Positions 51,685 through 64,000 of a stretch of 64,000 bases of DNA are shown here, piece by piece. The notes beneath the pieces are model-generated. The model saw nothing but the letters and a program-made list of their open reading frames with translations, ran no database searches and was not told the origin of the DNA. Positions within the stretch are counted from its first letter, which is position 1; the number at the start of each line of letters is the position of its first letter. The position numbers and the translations under genes were made by a program. Location: positions 11,966,001-12,030,000 of the forward strand of contig NC_135264.1 in the NCBI RefSeq assembly GCF_964204865.1, given 5' to 3'. The stretch is from Styela clava (Eukaryota).

Positions 51685-53190
51685 ATCGTACAGACAAGCG
51701 AAACTAAAAATAACTATGTTATCTGTAATACTATGTTTCTTGTGCTTGTTCCATTGCGGCCCTCAAAATAGTATTTCTAGAAGTCAAATTTTGACTTGAC
51801 GCGAGTGACTCCTTATGACCAGAATAGCAAATAAACTGTGTTCAATCAACTATCTGGCTATACTGCCATTACGTCGCCGACTAGTTTAATAAAGCGTTGG
51901 CGTTGCTGAGCGACCCTTGAGCAGCAGACCGAAACGAAATTTGTACACCACTCAAATATTTGACCCGTTGAAGACGAGATATGTCGTGTACCTGGTCGAA
52001 TTGCACCGTGTTATAAGCGGTGGTCACGAGATCTTCTGAATACTACGATATTAATGCCTATTTCTTGTGAAGAATGGGTGGCTAAATAGAAAAGATAATA
52101 AACCACTTCGAAAAAAATTTCTATACTACTAGACCTGAACAATATCCGCGTCTTTAGGGGTAACAATAAACTTTTAGATTTCACGGTTTGTTTGATATTG
52201 TCAACATTCCTTTTATATTTGGAATAGAAAAAAGCGTTATGTCGTCAGGCAATAAAAATTAAAAAAAAAAAGTATTGAAAACGGACAATTCTTATGCCTT
52301 GGGAGGATCTATGGGTCGATGACATATTAATAATAAAAATAAGTAGGTAATCAAACTATAACTGAATTTGAACAAAGCGATGTATTCACGCATAATCATT
52401 ATCCCCAGTCGTCAAGATGACACAAAAATAAAATCACGTGGTTACGTTTAATCAAAGTATATATTTTTGCTGAATACTAAAATAATAAAAGTTTTATCGC
52501 TTTTCGTTTGCCTTGTGAATCATTAATAGATACAATATAGTTTACATCTAGCAAAAATCCTTAGAATAACCTTAAAATAATAATGATAGCGCATTGATGA
52601 CAAAAATCAAATAGTTAATAAAAAATAACATAACAGTTTGATGTGCATTTGAAATAAAATGTAGTATCATGACTAGAATGTTTAACCCATATAAGGTTTG
52701 CATATGATCAATTTGTTGGTGTCTTATTTTGATTTACCCCAAAATTGGCTTCATTTTTTATTGTTTCATCGTCCAACAATATAGAATATACAGGTTAGTT
52801 AGTTGAACAAATACATTGTTAATTACTTGTGCTTCGCATTTCTAACTCCCCATATCGTGACGTTGTTTTATCACAGTGCAAACGAAAAGGTTTCTCAATA
52901 TTGGAGTCAATATTAGGTTTCGAAAACAAGCTTCATCCTGTAATCTTAAAATATGATTTACAGTTTCAGTTCTCTATATATGGGGAAAATATCCCTACCG
53001 AAATAGACCGACACTCTAGAATCCTGTTGTATAGATAGTGTCAAATATGTGAATTGTAATGATCTATTTTGATGTATAATAATATGATATGCTGTTAAAA
53101 ATATTATATGGTTGATGGAGTACTTGAAGCCTTCTGTCGAATAGTTATGAAAAGAATGCATTTATTCAAACAGAATACAATAATACGATA

Positions 53191-56100
53191 ATGGATTTTT
53201 TGTGCATACTCCTGTATTTACTGCTGAATTGGGGATATTTTTCTAATGCTGAAATTTCGAAATCGAATGTTATTCTGAAAGACAACAAGTATGACGGAAT
53301 TGTGATCGCCATCAATCCACATGTACCTGAAAGCAACGAGCTTATCGACAGCATCAAAGTATGTACGCAGTTGACATTGATTTTTCCTGCAATACAGTGG
53401 AATTTAATGTTAAAATTTGGTGAATTTAAAATAATAGGACACATAATAGGACTTATGTAATTTCTCTCTATATATACTATAGCTATGGGTGTGGAATCGT
53501 AATTAGGCGTATATTTCTAAAGCTATTTAGAATTTACTTATACTCGGTGTCAAAATTTCAACCCTATCCAATATCGAGATTGAATGTCTACATTTTCAAC
53601 TAAAACTGCAAAATGCTCATCAGCACTTACATTTCCGTATTAAATATTTCTTGAAGTCGGATGAAAATATCTCATCACACATTCTTCTATTACTAGTATG
53701 TTAAACTAAATTCGAAAGCAGGTGCACGACATTTCCCCATGTGTTACCTTACAAAATATCCTAAATACTTGCTTATTTTGTGATACCTTCAGGAATCGTG
53801 GAAGCAAGCGTCCACTATTTTGTTTTCTGCCACAAAACAACGAGCTTACATTGGTGAAATAACTATTCTTGTACCAAGCAATTGGACCAAATATAAAGAG
53901 ACAGCAACAGTGTCCGACGGCGAAACATATGACAAAGTAAGCGAAACTTTCATTAAAAGCTGGTAAATTCAATAAATCAATTTAAACGACAAATTTCACT
54001 TAACTTAAGATATATAATAATATCCGTAAAAGTTTTGTCGACAAACGAGAAGTTCTGCCATCATTATGTGTTGCCCACCCACCCATTTTGCGTCGTAGCT
54101 ATATAAGACTTTGTGCCGTGTATTTTCCCCACCTACAATCATCATTATCTCAGGCTGATGTCATCATTGCCAAACCAAATCCAAGCTACGGAGACGCCCC
54201 TTATACTCTTCAATATGGAGGATGTGAATCACCCGGCTCTTATATTCATTTTACACCAAATTATTTTCTGGACGAACATATGGTAACGAACTTTGGAAAA
54301 AGAGGTTTGAATTTAAATTTTTCAGCATTTTTGCGGATACATTTATTAAGTTTTCTAAAATTTCATTCCACTCATCCCTTAAAATTTTTGTTGACGCCTG
54401 CCAAAATTTAATAGTACGTCGCGAGTCATGACATCTTGAATAGAGTCACATCTGCCTTACTGCATAGATGCATGGATGGACGCTAATAGTGTTCTAAGAT
54501 TAGAAATACCTAGGGTTCTATTACACCAAATTTCCATCACTTAACCACTTTTATTGGCGTGTATATATCGACTAATATAATATTCTAACTACAGAAACAT
54601 ATATGTTAGAAAGCATTTAGGGATAAAGCTGTGGACGATTTCACTTTTCAAGGATAATATCGTTGAATTTTCTAGGCAAAGCAATTGTTCACGAATGGGC
54701 CCATTATAGATGGGGAATTTTTGATGAAACATCGGAGGCTAATCCATTCTATGATGATGTTGATGGAAATTCTTTATATGACGATAATACAGGCCAATAT
54801 CTAAATTCAGCCACGCAGTAAGTCTTGTTATTATCCAAATGACTTTAAAAGCACATAACGTCGAAATATTTGAAAATAAAATCATATTTGAATCGAATGA
54901 AATAGTAAATTATTTCATTTTTGTTTAAGATATTGAAAAAAAGTAAAAAATATCCCTTACTTTATTATTGTACCGTGTTTTACCTGTTACTCGAATCAAT
55001 GACTTATTTATAGTTTACTAATTGGCAACCGACCAGAATACTGATGGCGAAGTACGGCCCTTATATATGAATCTTGGGCCTGGTTGTGGTGACCAGCCTA
55101 AAATGAATAGCTGCTGGCGGTATTATATTACATTTTATGGCAATGCATTTGACTCGTGTAAATTAGCTCTTACCAAATCTATCTATCAATCGTGTGGTAT
55201 CAACAATATTTCTAATGATGTAACGGTGCCTCGATGATTCGCATCGCCGATATTTTATAAGTCCTCTCTGCCTTTTTGTTACGTACAATTGTTTCACTGT
55301 TTCATTACCGCAGGGCTGAGGGTTCTTGTCGAAAACCAACCCAAATTTCCATAGTGGTAATAAAACGAGGGAAGCGACACGATACTATTCCTATCGCCTA
55401 CACAACTTTCATAAGACCATAACGTGCGTCGTAGTTAGTCTCCGTATTTTTGATACTTCTATCTCTTATTACAGAGAATTCAGTCTGACAGCAGCCCTTG
55501 TTATTTGGTAAATTGCTTTCAAAGGCCATGTTCTTTCCCATCTTTAGAAAAGTTATTATTTAAAAAAGTACATTACAAACGAAGTGAAGGAGTTCTGAAA
55601 TTGTTTTCGTAACAGGTGTCCAAAAGATTTCAGGGTATGTTGTGTTGAAAACACAAACCAAGAATGTAGATTGGGTACATCCAGTTGTCAAATTGAAAAT
55701 GGGCTTTATACAGAAGATTGTATTTGCTATCTAGGAAATTCAGATGTAAGATACAATACATCCTTGATGTCTTACCAATATCACGAAGAGGTATTTTGTG
55801 TTTGAATTTTACTCTATCTGTTGTCTTTTTGTAGTATATATATTTCCGTAGATTGCAAATATTATTATATATATATACATATGTTCAGATTGTTGAATTT
55901 TGTGATGAAACTAATCATAATATGAACGCGCCAAACCAGCAGAACCGGTTGTGTGGCCTAAGAAGTGTGTGGGATGTTATTGAAGAGTCCGTTGATTTTC
56001 AAGGAAATAAAAATCCACCTACTGAAGCTTCCAACAAAGTTGATCCAATTTTCAGTGTGAAAATTGCGCAAGACTCCCAGCGATTTGTTCTCGTACTCGA

Positions 56101-59100
56101 CGTTTCGGGAAGCATGGCTGGAATTGATGGAACATCGGGGGAGGTGTGAATTCTTGATGCATTCATATGGCTATTAGCATTTTTTCCCTTTTTGTAAAGC
56201 ATTCATGTTTTCAGACTCGTTTTGATCAAATGCAGAAAGCGGCCAATTATTTTATAGTCAACTCAGCTCCTCCCGGGTCGTACATTGGCATAATAGAGTT
56301 TGACAAATCGGCAAGGAACAACAGTGGATTAGTGAAAGTAGAAACATGGAATAGTCGAGAAAATTTAGCGAAGAAACTCCCTAAAATTGTTGGAGAACGC
56401 TGCGGTTCTTGCACTTGCATCGGATGTGGGTTGAAAATGGGAATTCAGGTTTGTCATATACTGTGCGTTTTGGACGAATGACAGCTGGTACCGGTAGTCT
56501 ACTGTGACAGAATTGATAAACGTACTACGTCATTTTTGACTTAATTCAATGGAAGAATGAGGTGTTTTTAAGAACATGCATGCATTGAAATAATTTATTC
56601 AAAAACATTTAGGCCGAACTGCCCTTTAATTCTGCTTCTATAAAATCTCTGTTATTGATGAATGTAGTGGTATTTTTTTTATCAGTTAACGGTATATTTT
56701 TGCTTACTGATAAATAAATATTCAGATGCTGGAAGCTGATGGTGCTGATGCTGCTGCTGGGCAGCTGCTTGTCATGACCGATGGTATTGAAAGTTCGGGA
56801 TCAACTATATACATAAGAGATGTCGCGGATGAAATTAAATCAAAAGTAAGTCATAAAAACATTGCTTTCGTTGGTGTTGAAAATTAACAATCTCTAAAAA
56901 TTAGATATTTTTTTTCTAGAAAGTCGTAATTCAAACATTATTTGTGTACAACTCTGAGAATCAAAAACTTGCAGATCTTTCTATCGAAAGTGGGGGAAGT
57001 TGGTTTTTTGCTGGGGAGGATAATCTTCTAGCATTGCTGGACGCTTATGACCAAATGGCTGAAGTTACTGATGGGGACGACACTAAGAAAACCTTCCAGG
57101 TAATTGCATAGCAATGTAATATTGTGTCACGGACTAAAGTGTCCGTGTTTATATTGTGTGTATATACCGTATTTCCCGGCAAATAAGACAAGGCTCGTTT
57201 TTAAGCCTGAAAAAAATGGTTTTTAGCATATAACCTGCCAATAAGACGAGTGGTAAAACCTCATCAACATCGGAATCTCAAATTACCATGCGAAGGCTTT
57301 TGGGCGGTGGCCGCGTTTGCGCATTGGTTAAAATAGCCTATTATGACTTTTTCTTATAGTGTCATATTCAATACATAGCAACTACTGGTATTCGAACTGT
57401 CCTTCAATTTCAATCTAATTGTGTTCAACGTATATAAGAACATTGTCGATCTAAAATAACACAGCAATCTGCGGACATAATAATGTTGGGATACACTATA
57501 TATATACTTGATTATATTTTTTAGTTTTTATAAATAAATATACATGTAAAGTGTATATATGAAACATACATATTCATCACATGGAAATCTCTACGAAACG
57601 AAATTTGTTGCTTCATTGATTTAATTGTGATCAATTTAATTTGTGATTGGAAAAACATAAATAGTATCACTGCTCCAAATTTCCAACGCCATTCATGGAA
57701 TTAACATGTACGATTATATGTTGTTTTGATTCCTATTTTTGCAATTTAAAAACATATCTGAGCTGCAGCTGCAACAAGTCCGCTTTATCGCAATGCTGCC
57801 CCTCATTATTCTTCATGACAGGAAAAAACTCAAGTCAGCGATAATACCCCACCGAGTTAAATTTATGTTATACAAATGAATTAATTAAATATACTTTACA
57901 TTACGGTATTATACATATATCATATAGTCGGGTCAGGGGGTGCTATCGGCGAAGGTATTTTAAGGTCGTAATTGAATAATCAGGAGACACCAAAAAAAAT
58001 TAAAAATTATCATACTCGCCTAATAAGACGACTCCCCCAAAATCGGGCCAAAAATTTGGGTCTAGAAAAGCGACTTATTCGCCGGGAAATACGGTATACA
58101 GTATTTTTTATGTTTATAAACAGTTGGGTTGACCCTTATTTAATAATGTTTTTTATCGGATCTGGACTCCGACCACTCACTAGTCGTAAGAGAAAAACTG
58201 TGTCTTTCGACCTCTTTGTCCGGCCGTCGGGCTGGAGGTCGGTTGTGTTTTGTTGAGTACTCTGTTTACGCTATGTTAGGTTTATATTGTGAAGTTGCCG
58301 TCAAATAAACAATCAATTCGGAACTCTTGAGTCTTCTGATTCTTTCAACACATAGAACCAACAAAAACAACTATCTGTGACAATTGCGAAAGAGGTAAAA
58401 TGACTCTTTTATTACTTTCAATCGTGATTCTTTTCCCACTTTCATATATACTAACAAGAGAGCTATGCTCAAATATATGGACACGTAGCGCCACCCAGTG
58501 GGAATAATTTTGATGACGTCATAGCGAGAAAAAAAAGTAATAGCCTTCTGGAGAAAAATTTTGTCTTTAACCAGTGAAAATTTCAAAGCAATTGGTCCAG
58601 TATTCGAAGAGAAAAGCGATTTTTTAAAAATGGAGACGGAGACAAATAACAACAAGAGAGCTATGCTCAAATATATGGACACGTAGCGCCACCCAGTGGC
58701 AATAATTTTGATGACGTCATAGCAAGAAAAAAAAATAATAGCCTTCTGAAGAAAAATTTTATCTTTAACCACTGAAAATATCAAAGCAATTGGTCCAGTA
58801 TTCGGAGAGAAAAGCGATTTTTCAAAAATGGAGACGGAGACAAATAACAATAATAACAATAACAACAATAACAATAACAACAAAATTTTGAAACGATCGT
58901 TATGGCCACTAAACGTGTCCAATAACAATAACAACAAAATTTTGAAACGATCGTTATGTCCACTTCGTGTCCAATAAATAACCCGAGAATTATTTGTTTC
59001 CAGATTCTCAGTGAGTCCTGCAGATTAGAAAGCAGTGACAGCAGTTTTATAAACAATATTATAATAGATGAAACTATTGGGAGAAACACTGTTTTCACAT

Positions 59101-62100
59101 ATACATGGTCGTACGGCGATATTGCTCCAAGCGTTTTGCTGACTCCACCCTATGGAAATTGCTTTTACACCAACGATAAATCTATGACTGCGAATCCTTG
59201 TCCAGATGTACATTCTATCAACGTGGATTATAAAACGTTAAGATTCGGACTCGACAACACAGCGGTAAGGATAATATTTGTAAAGTAACAGCAAGGGTTG
59301 TTTGAATTCTTTACTAATACTGATAGCCTAGCTGTAAATCTCATTCCATAGGAGTACTAACAAGTCATCGATTTCTTTGCAGTATGGAACGTGGGCAAGT
59401 TATGTGGAAAAACCAGATATCAATTCTCAGACAATAACAGTTGTAGTGACATCAATGGCTGCAAGCGATGAAGTAGAACCGATCATTGTTGAGTCAATCT
59501 TGAGCTTTGAACGAGGCCAACCGCTTGTTTATGCAAAGGTAGGAACGATATTGGTTACCGGTACTTTTCTTGGTCGCACGAAATCGGGGTTTGTGAGGGC
59601 GCATTGGGGCGGTAAATACGAAGACTAGTGGATCAGGAGCACTGTTAAAGTGACCATTATTAGTGACAATTAATTTAATCTATATCAGACCACTGACAAA
59701 TTCCTCCATTCGAAACGCAAATATCAGAGATTTTACAAAATATTGATTAACTTGTATTGTAAGAAGCACTAATTACGGAAACTAATTCACAAACTTCAAA
59801 TTTACAATGCCGGTAACATGAAATGTACGATTTTGTAAGGTTTCGCAAGGTTTGAATCCGGTACTAGGAGCAACAGTAATAGCAACTGTTGTGAAGCCTG
59901 ACGGTGAAAATAGCTCCCCCATTCAACTTTGGGATCGTGGTGCAGGTACGTATTTATTTTTATTTAATTGCCTTCGTAGGCAGAACTACTCATTAAAACT
60001 GAATTTTTACTTTAGAGCCGGATGTGCGTATAAATGATGGAATATATTCAAGGTTCTTGACGGGATTTTCGGACACGGGAAAATATTCAGTTAAGGTATT
60101 CTAATATGATATATTTGAACGTTTTATTTTGTTTTCTAAATATCTTCTTATCAAACAGGTAAAGGTACAATCCGATTTTCTGGGATACGACACTTCTAGT
60201 GTGGTAAGACTCTCTACAGCAGCCTATAATCCAGGATACGTAAATGAAAACGGTAATATTTAAAAAATATTTGCATTTGTTCGTCATTTGAATTTGTTTG
60301 AATTCTCTTTTTTATTACAGGAACGATTATTCCAAACCCAAATGGACCAACATTGCAGCCAAAAAATACAACGTTTGGTATATCAGCGGAATCATTGGGA
60401 AATTTTACTCGTCAGATTTCAGCTGGATCTTTTGATTACGTTCCGACTTCTGGGTAGGAGTGTATCAATTTACCTTTAAAATATTAATAATATTTTGTCA
60501 TGATTATGAATAGAATACACAACATGATAAAATTTTGCGTGGCTTCGTAAGTTTTATAAAAATTATGTCTCGTGTCACAAATTCACAGTAACTACATTTT
60601 GTATTCTTTTAACTCTCAATTTAAAATACGTAGATATGAAATATTATATACATAATCAGCGTCTTCGCACTGCTATAAATAAATTTCGGTTATGAAACTC
60701 ACCATGTCTCTACGCTATCATTGCATTTTTATGAATGACTTGTTTTACAGTGGAGGGTCACACACTGACGTATTGGCTCCCAGTAAAGTGATGGATTTGA
60801 AAGCAACTCAGAAAAATTTCAACGATTACACACAAGGTGTTGTGCTCGTTTTCACATCGCCAGGAGACGATTTTGACAGCGGAAAAGGTATATTGCCTAG
60901 TTGCACGAAGGCCTAGTTCCAGCAGACAAGACGCCTACCGTATCCCAAGTATCTCATATAAATAACATTATCTAATTCTAATATAAAGAATTGGAATACC
61001 AATATATGTAGTGTATTTGGTGAACGTACATTTGAACCCACGTACATTTGAACCCATACATTTGCACCTGTATATCCGCGGGTTTAATCTATATGATGGT
61101 GCTAAAATCCATGGGTTAGGGTTAGTATGAGTTCAAATATCGGAAAAAAGGTGCAATTGTATGCAGATGCAATTTTCGTGGGTTCAAATGTACGGGGGTT
61201 CAAATATAATGAAACCAGTGTATTTGAGTGTAACTTGCGCGTCCAGGCACTTCGTGTGTAATCCTAGCTAATACCCGCTATGTAAGGCGTCCATACGTGC
61301 CCCAGCAAAGACTTCAAGGAAAAGCGTTTAATTCTATTTATTTCAAATAGCATCAGAATATGATATTCGTTACATTATGGGGGATGTCAACAAGCTTCTG
61401 ACTAATTATGAAACATGCCTGAAGATTGACGATGCTAGCGTCATTGAAGGAAACATTTCTAATCCCTCAGAAGCGGGAAGTACCCAAACCATTGTAGTTC
61501 AAACACCATATGTTACGGATGAAAACGTAACGACTGTAAGGTAATTGTTTGTGTTGAGATGCATTCTGTTAAATTATTAGTGCAGTAAATGAACAGAAAC
61601 TACAATTCAACATAAATTATAAATATACAGAAAAGTCTTCATTTGAATAGGATAAAATGTGGCAACATCAAAAAACAATGGCGTGATCACGCTGGATAAT
61701 ATTATATTACCGATATTAATATAGCCCATAAATTTCGCGTAATTTACTTAGACAAGAGTTGCGATGTGCAAGGTGAAGTATTTTCATTCATTCATTTTAA
61801 AAATTGTTGCGCAAATAGATTTATTGTTATTATTAAAAAGTTCCATTTTTATGTTTTGCTCTGCAGCTTTGGTTATGCAGTGAAAGCTATTGACGAATCT
61901 GGCAACGTTGGAGAAATATCAAATATAGCAATTTTAAACTATTATTTTGAACCACCTGTTTTTGCTGTTCCAACGACCACAGCAAGTTCTTCTACAGCAG
62001 CTTACATGAGTACGTCAGCTAATTTGACCGACGATACAATCACGAGCAGTATTTCAACAACATCTCCTGACGCAAAAACCATGGTGGTCACAAGCTCGGT

Positions 62101-62622
62101 TCTGTCATCCACAACAAATAGACAAAACAGTATTTCAACAACATCTCCTGACGCAAAAACCATGGTGGTCACAAGCTCGGTTCTATCATCCACAACAAAT
62201 ACAAATAGACAAAATTTGTATATTGGAATTGGAACCTTGCTGCTGATACTAACGGCAAGCCTCGGTGGGTACAAATTTAAATTATGTTCTGAAAGTATGG
62301 AAAAAGGTCTAAAAATAGTCGTGAAATATTCCGCCATTTTGTTCCATAAAGTGCGTCCAACAAGTGAAGTCTGGAATATTTACTGCGGATTGTGTGATTG
62401 GACACGTATAGTCTTACTCGTCAGTAGGCCTATCACACGATTTTGATTGTTAGCTTCTTTGCATAGCATACTGTATACTGAAAATGCCTTCTAAAGTATT
62501 TTTGTTTGTTTTTAGCAACTGCAGTGATTATACTCTCGTGTTGGCTATGCGAAATTAGACAAAGTAAGATGTACGAGCACGCCGTTTACAAGAACACATA
62601 TTCAGACGATTATATACTTTAA
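53191..62622 (+). CDS. CLCA: CLCA-family paralog D, membrane-anchored with Ser/Thr mucin-like stalk, catalytic motif intact
   Basis: 19 exons: 53191-53358, 53793-53936, 54154-54304, 54676-54817, 55616-55790, 55889-56143, 56215-56448, 56726-56845, 56920-57099, 59004-59264, 59383-59538, 59840-59945, 60016-60095, 60159-60252, 60321-60453, 60751-60887, 61351-61540, 61867-62264, 62516-62622. [13 protein letters not shown] (54690-54704), [18 protein letters not shown] segment [28 protein letters not shown], short tail ending YSDDYIL*. Confidence 0.93.
57125..58382 (+). mobile_element. Solo LTR (Gypsy-like) interrupted by a pogo-like MITE
   Basis: Termini TGTCAC...GTGACA, 4-bp TSD attg (57121-57124, 58383-58386), internal AATAAA near 58304; about 330 bp once the MITE is removed. 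Confidence 0.75.
57167..58094. mobile_element. Tc1/mariner (pogo/Tigger-like) non-autonomous element, same TIR family, opposite orientation
   Basis: Same TIRs with TA flanks; subterminal sequence matches the 49890 element in reverse. Confidence 0.87.
58453..58976 (+). mobile_element. Helentron/DINE-like element containing a second copy of itself
   Basis: 5' half twice (58453, 58651), (AACAAT)n microsatellite, then the 3' end (caaaattttgaaacgatcgttatg.ccact..cgtgtccaataa) twice; subterminal inverted repeat ggacacg/cgtgtcc. Confidence 0.75.
61019..61216 (+). mobile_element. 'gtacatttgaaccc' MITE family, copy 4
   Basis: Same family; perfect 9-bp TSD agtgtattt. Confidence 0.88.
62048..62200 (+). 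repeat. 81-bp coding tandem duplication in the CLCA-D mucin-like stalk
   Basis: [24 protein letters not shown] encoded twice (starts at 62048 and 62129), with one synonymous difference (CTG/CTA) over the aligned part. Confidence 0.92.
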
Positions 62623-63266
62623 ACAAATTAGAATATACATATCTAACTCCAAGTTATTTTTTTAAATGTATGCATTGTTGATTTATTGGTGATTTTATTT
62701 TATAAAATATTAGAGTAACGCTCGTTTGAGAAAAAAGCGTGGAGCCTTGTGTTTAGTATTTCTCTGAAGGAAGAATCGGATCAGCAATATACGATTTAAG
62801 CTTCTCGTATTATGGCGCTTAAACTTCTATATGTGCAAGACATTGTTAAATATATTTGACATGACCCAAAAATATACAGTAGAATACCAAAATATGAACT
62901 GAAGCTAAACAACATGCATTAACAAAAAATAGTTTGGCCCAAGTTGTGTTACCCGGAGTCGAAATCGACGTTTCTAGGCTTTAACTATATTTATTCAATA
63001 AGCTGAATCAGCATCGTAGGTGTCGCTGCTTGAAGACCTTTTGAAGTCTCTCGCGACTCCTGTCACACATATGATATTCGTCTCTTTTCATTTACTTTAT
63101 ATCTTGCAATATTTCCGTGATATATTTATATTGATTGTGTTGGCGAATAAATGACGATTGATTGATTGATTCTAAACCTGTACTCGAGATGAAAAAAATG
63201 TTGTTAACACGAATTAAAAGCTGGAATCGGGTGGTTTTCTTAGCAATTAGACTGCGCATACGCTTG

Positions 63267-64000
63267 AGTTCAATTACCCATCTGACTGTACTGCCATTAC
63301 TTACTTCGCCGACTCGTTTAACAAAAGCGTTAGCTTTGCTGAGCGACCCTTGAGCGGCAGACCGAAACGTAATTTGTACGGTGACCGTACATTTGAACCC
63401 ATCCGTATATCCACGGGTTCAATCTATATGCGGGTGCTATAAAACCCATGGGTTAGGGTTAGTATGGGTTTAACTACCCGTGAAACAAAAAAAAATTCCA
63501 TAGGTGCAATAGCATACAGGTGCAATTGTCATGGGTTCAAATGTAATGGAACCAATTTGTACACCACTCAAATATTTGACCCATTGAAGACGAGATATGT
63601 CGTGTACCTGGTCGAATTGCACCATGTTATAAGCGGTTGTCACGGCATCTTCTGAATGCTAGGATATTGATGCTTACTTCTTACGAAATATGGGTGACCA
63701 AAGAGAAAAGATAATAAACTACTTTTAATAAATGTTCCATACTATTCTTTTAGTTGAACATGAAAATACCAACGTTTTTAGTGGTAGCAATAAAATTCGA
63801 TTTGACCATTTGTTTGAAATTGCAATCATTACCTTGTGTATTTTAAATAGAAATTAAAAAAAGTTTTTTTTGAAGTATTTGGAAAGAGATATTTTTTATA
63901 CCTTTGAGGGTCTCTGGGTCGACGATGACTTTATTAGTCATAAAAATAAGTAGGTGAACAAACTAGAATTTAATTTGAAAAAAGCGATGTATTCACGCAA
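63267..64000 (+). repeat. Diverged direct duplicate of the CLCA-D upstream region 51838-52392
   Basis: Colinear similarity from gttcaat..actgccattac through gctgagcgacccttgagc, aagacgagatatgtcgtgtacctggtcgaattgcacc to aaagcgatgtattcacgca at the window end. Confidence 0.9.
63380..63553 (+). mobile_element. 'gtacatttgaaccc' MITE family, copy 5
   Basis: Same family; perfect 9-bp TSD aatttgtac; the empty site is present in the paralogous region near 51938-51946. Confidence 0.9.

Noticed and set aside
56401-56430. Ferredoxin-type 4Fe-4S motif (CIGCG)
   Set aside because: The spacing is not CxxCxxCxxxC and the segment is in an extracellular VWA domain, so disulfides are more plausible.
58371-58937. 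188-aa minus-strand ORF with poly-Leu and an internal repeat
   Set aside because: It is the antisense reading of the nested Helentron-like element and its (AACAAT)n microsatellite inside a CLCA-D intron.
62265-62446. 3' part of the 226-aa ORF as the CLCA-D C-terminus
   Set aside because: A donor at 62265 joins exon 62516-62622, which completes the TM at a similar intron position and the same phase as in paralogs B and C. The read-through is intronic.

Overview
AT-rich, intron-rich animal genomic DNA, most likely an ascidian such as Styela (inferred from gene content and repeat style, not proven). The ORF track catches only exon fragments, so genes were rebuilt by hand from splice sites and paralog comparison. 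The window holds four CLCA-family genes (zinc metalloprotease-VWA-FN3): CLCA-A (-, runs off the left edge), CLCA-B (+), CLCA-C (-) and CLCA-D (+). A duplicated upstream region at the right edge suggests a fifth copy just outside the window. Between CLCA-C and CLCA-D lie an SLC5 Na+/solute symporter, an EGF-EGF-ZP-furin-TM protein, a non-muscle/smooth-muscle myosin regulatory light chain with an upstream CArG box, and a centrin-like EF-hand gene. Introns carry many non-autonomous transposons (nested hAT elements, a 9-bp-TSD MITE family, pogo-like MITEs, a solo LTR, Helentron/DINE-like elements, a tRNA-derived SINE) and a minisatellite. The main finding is CLCA-B. Its catalytic HEWAH motif is replaced by QQWAH, and it has a ~99-aa cytoplasmic tail with 13 Tyr, a PPxY motif and a PPLPPR motif. 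It looks like a receptor-like pseudoprotease placed head-to-head with a catalytically intact paralog. The three complete paralogs also differ in stalk length and tail.
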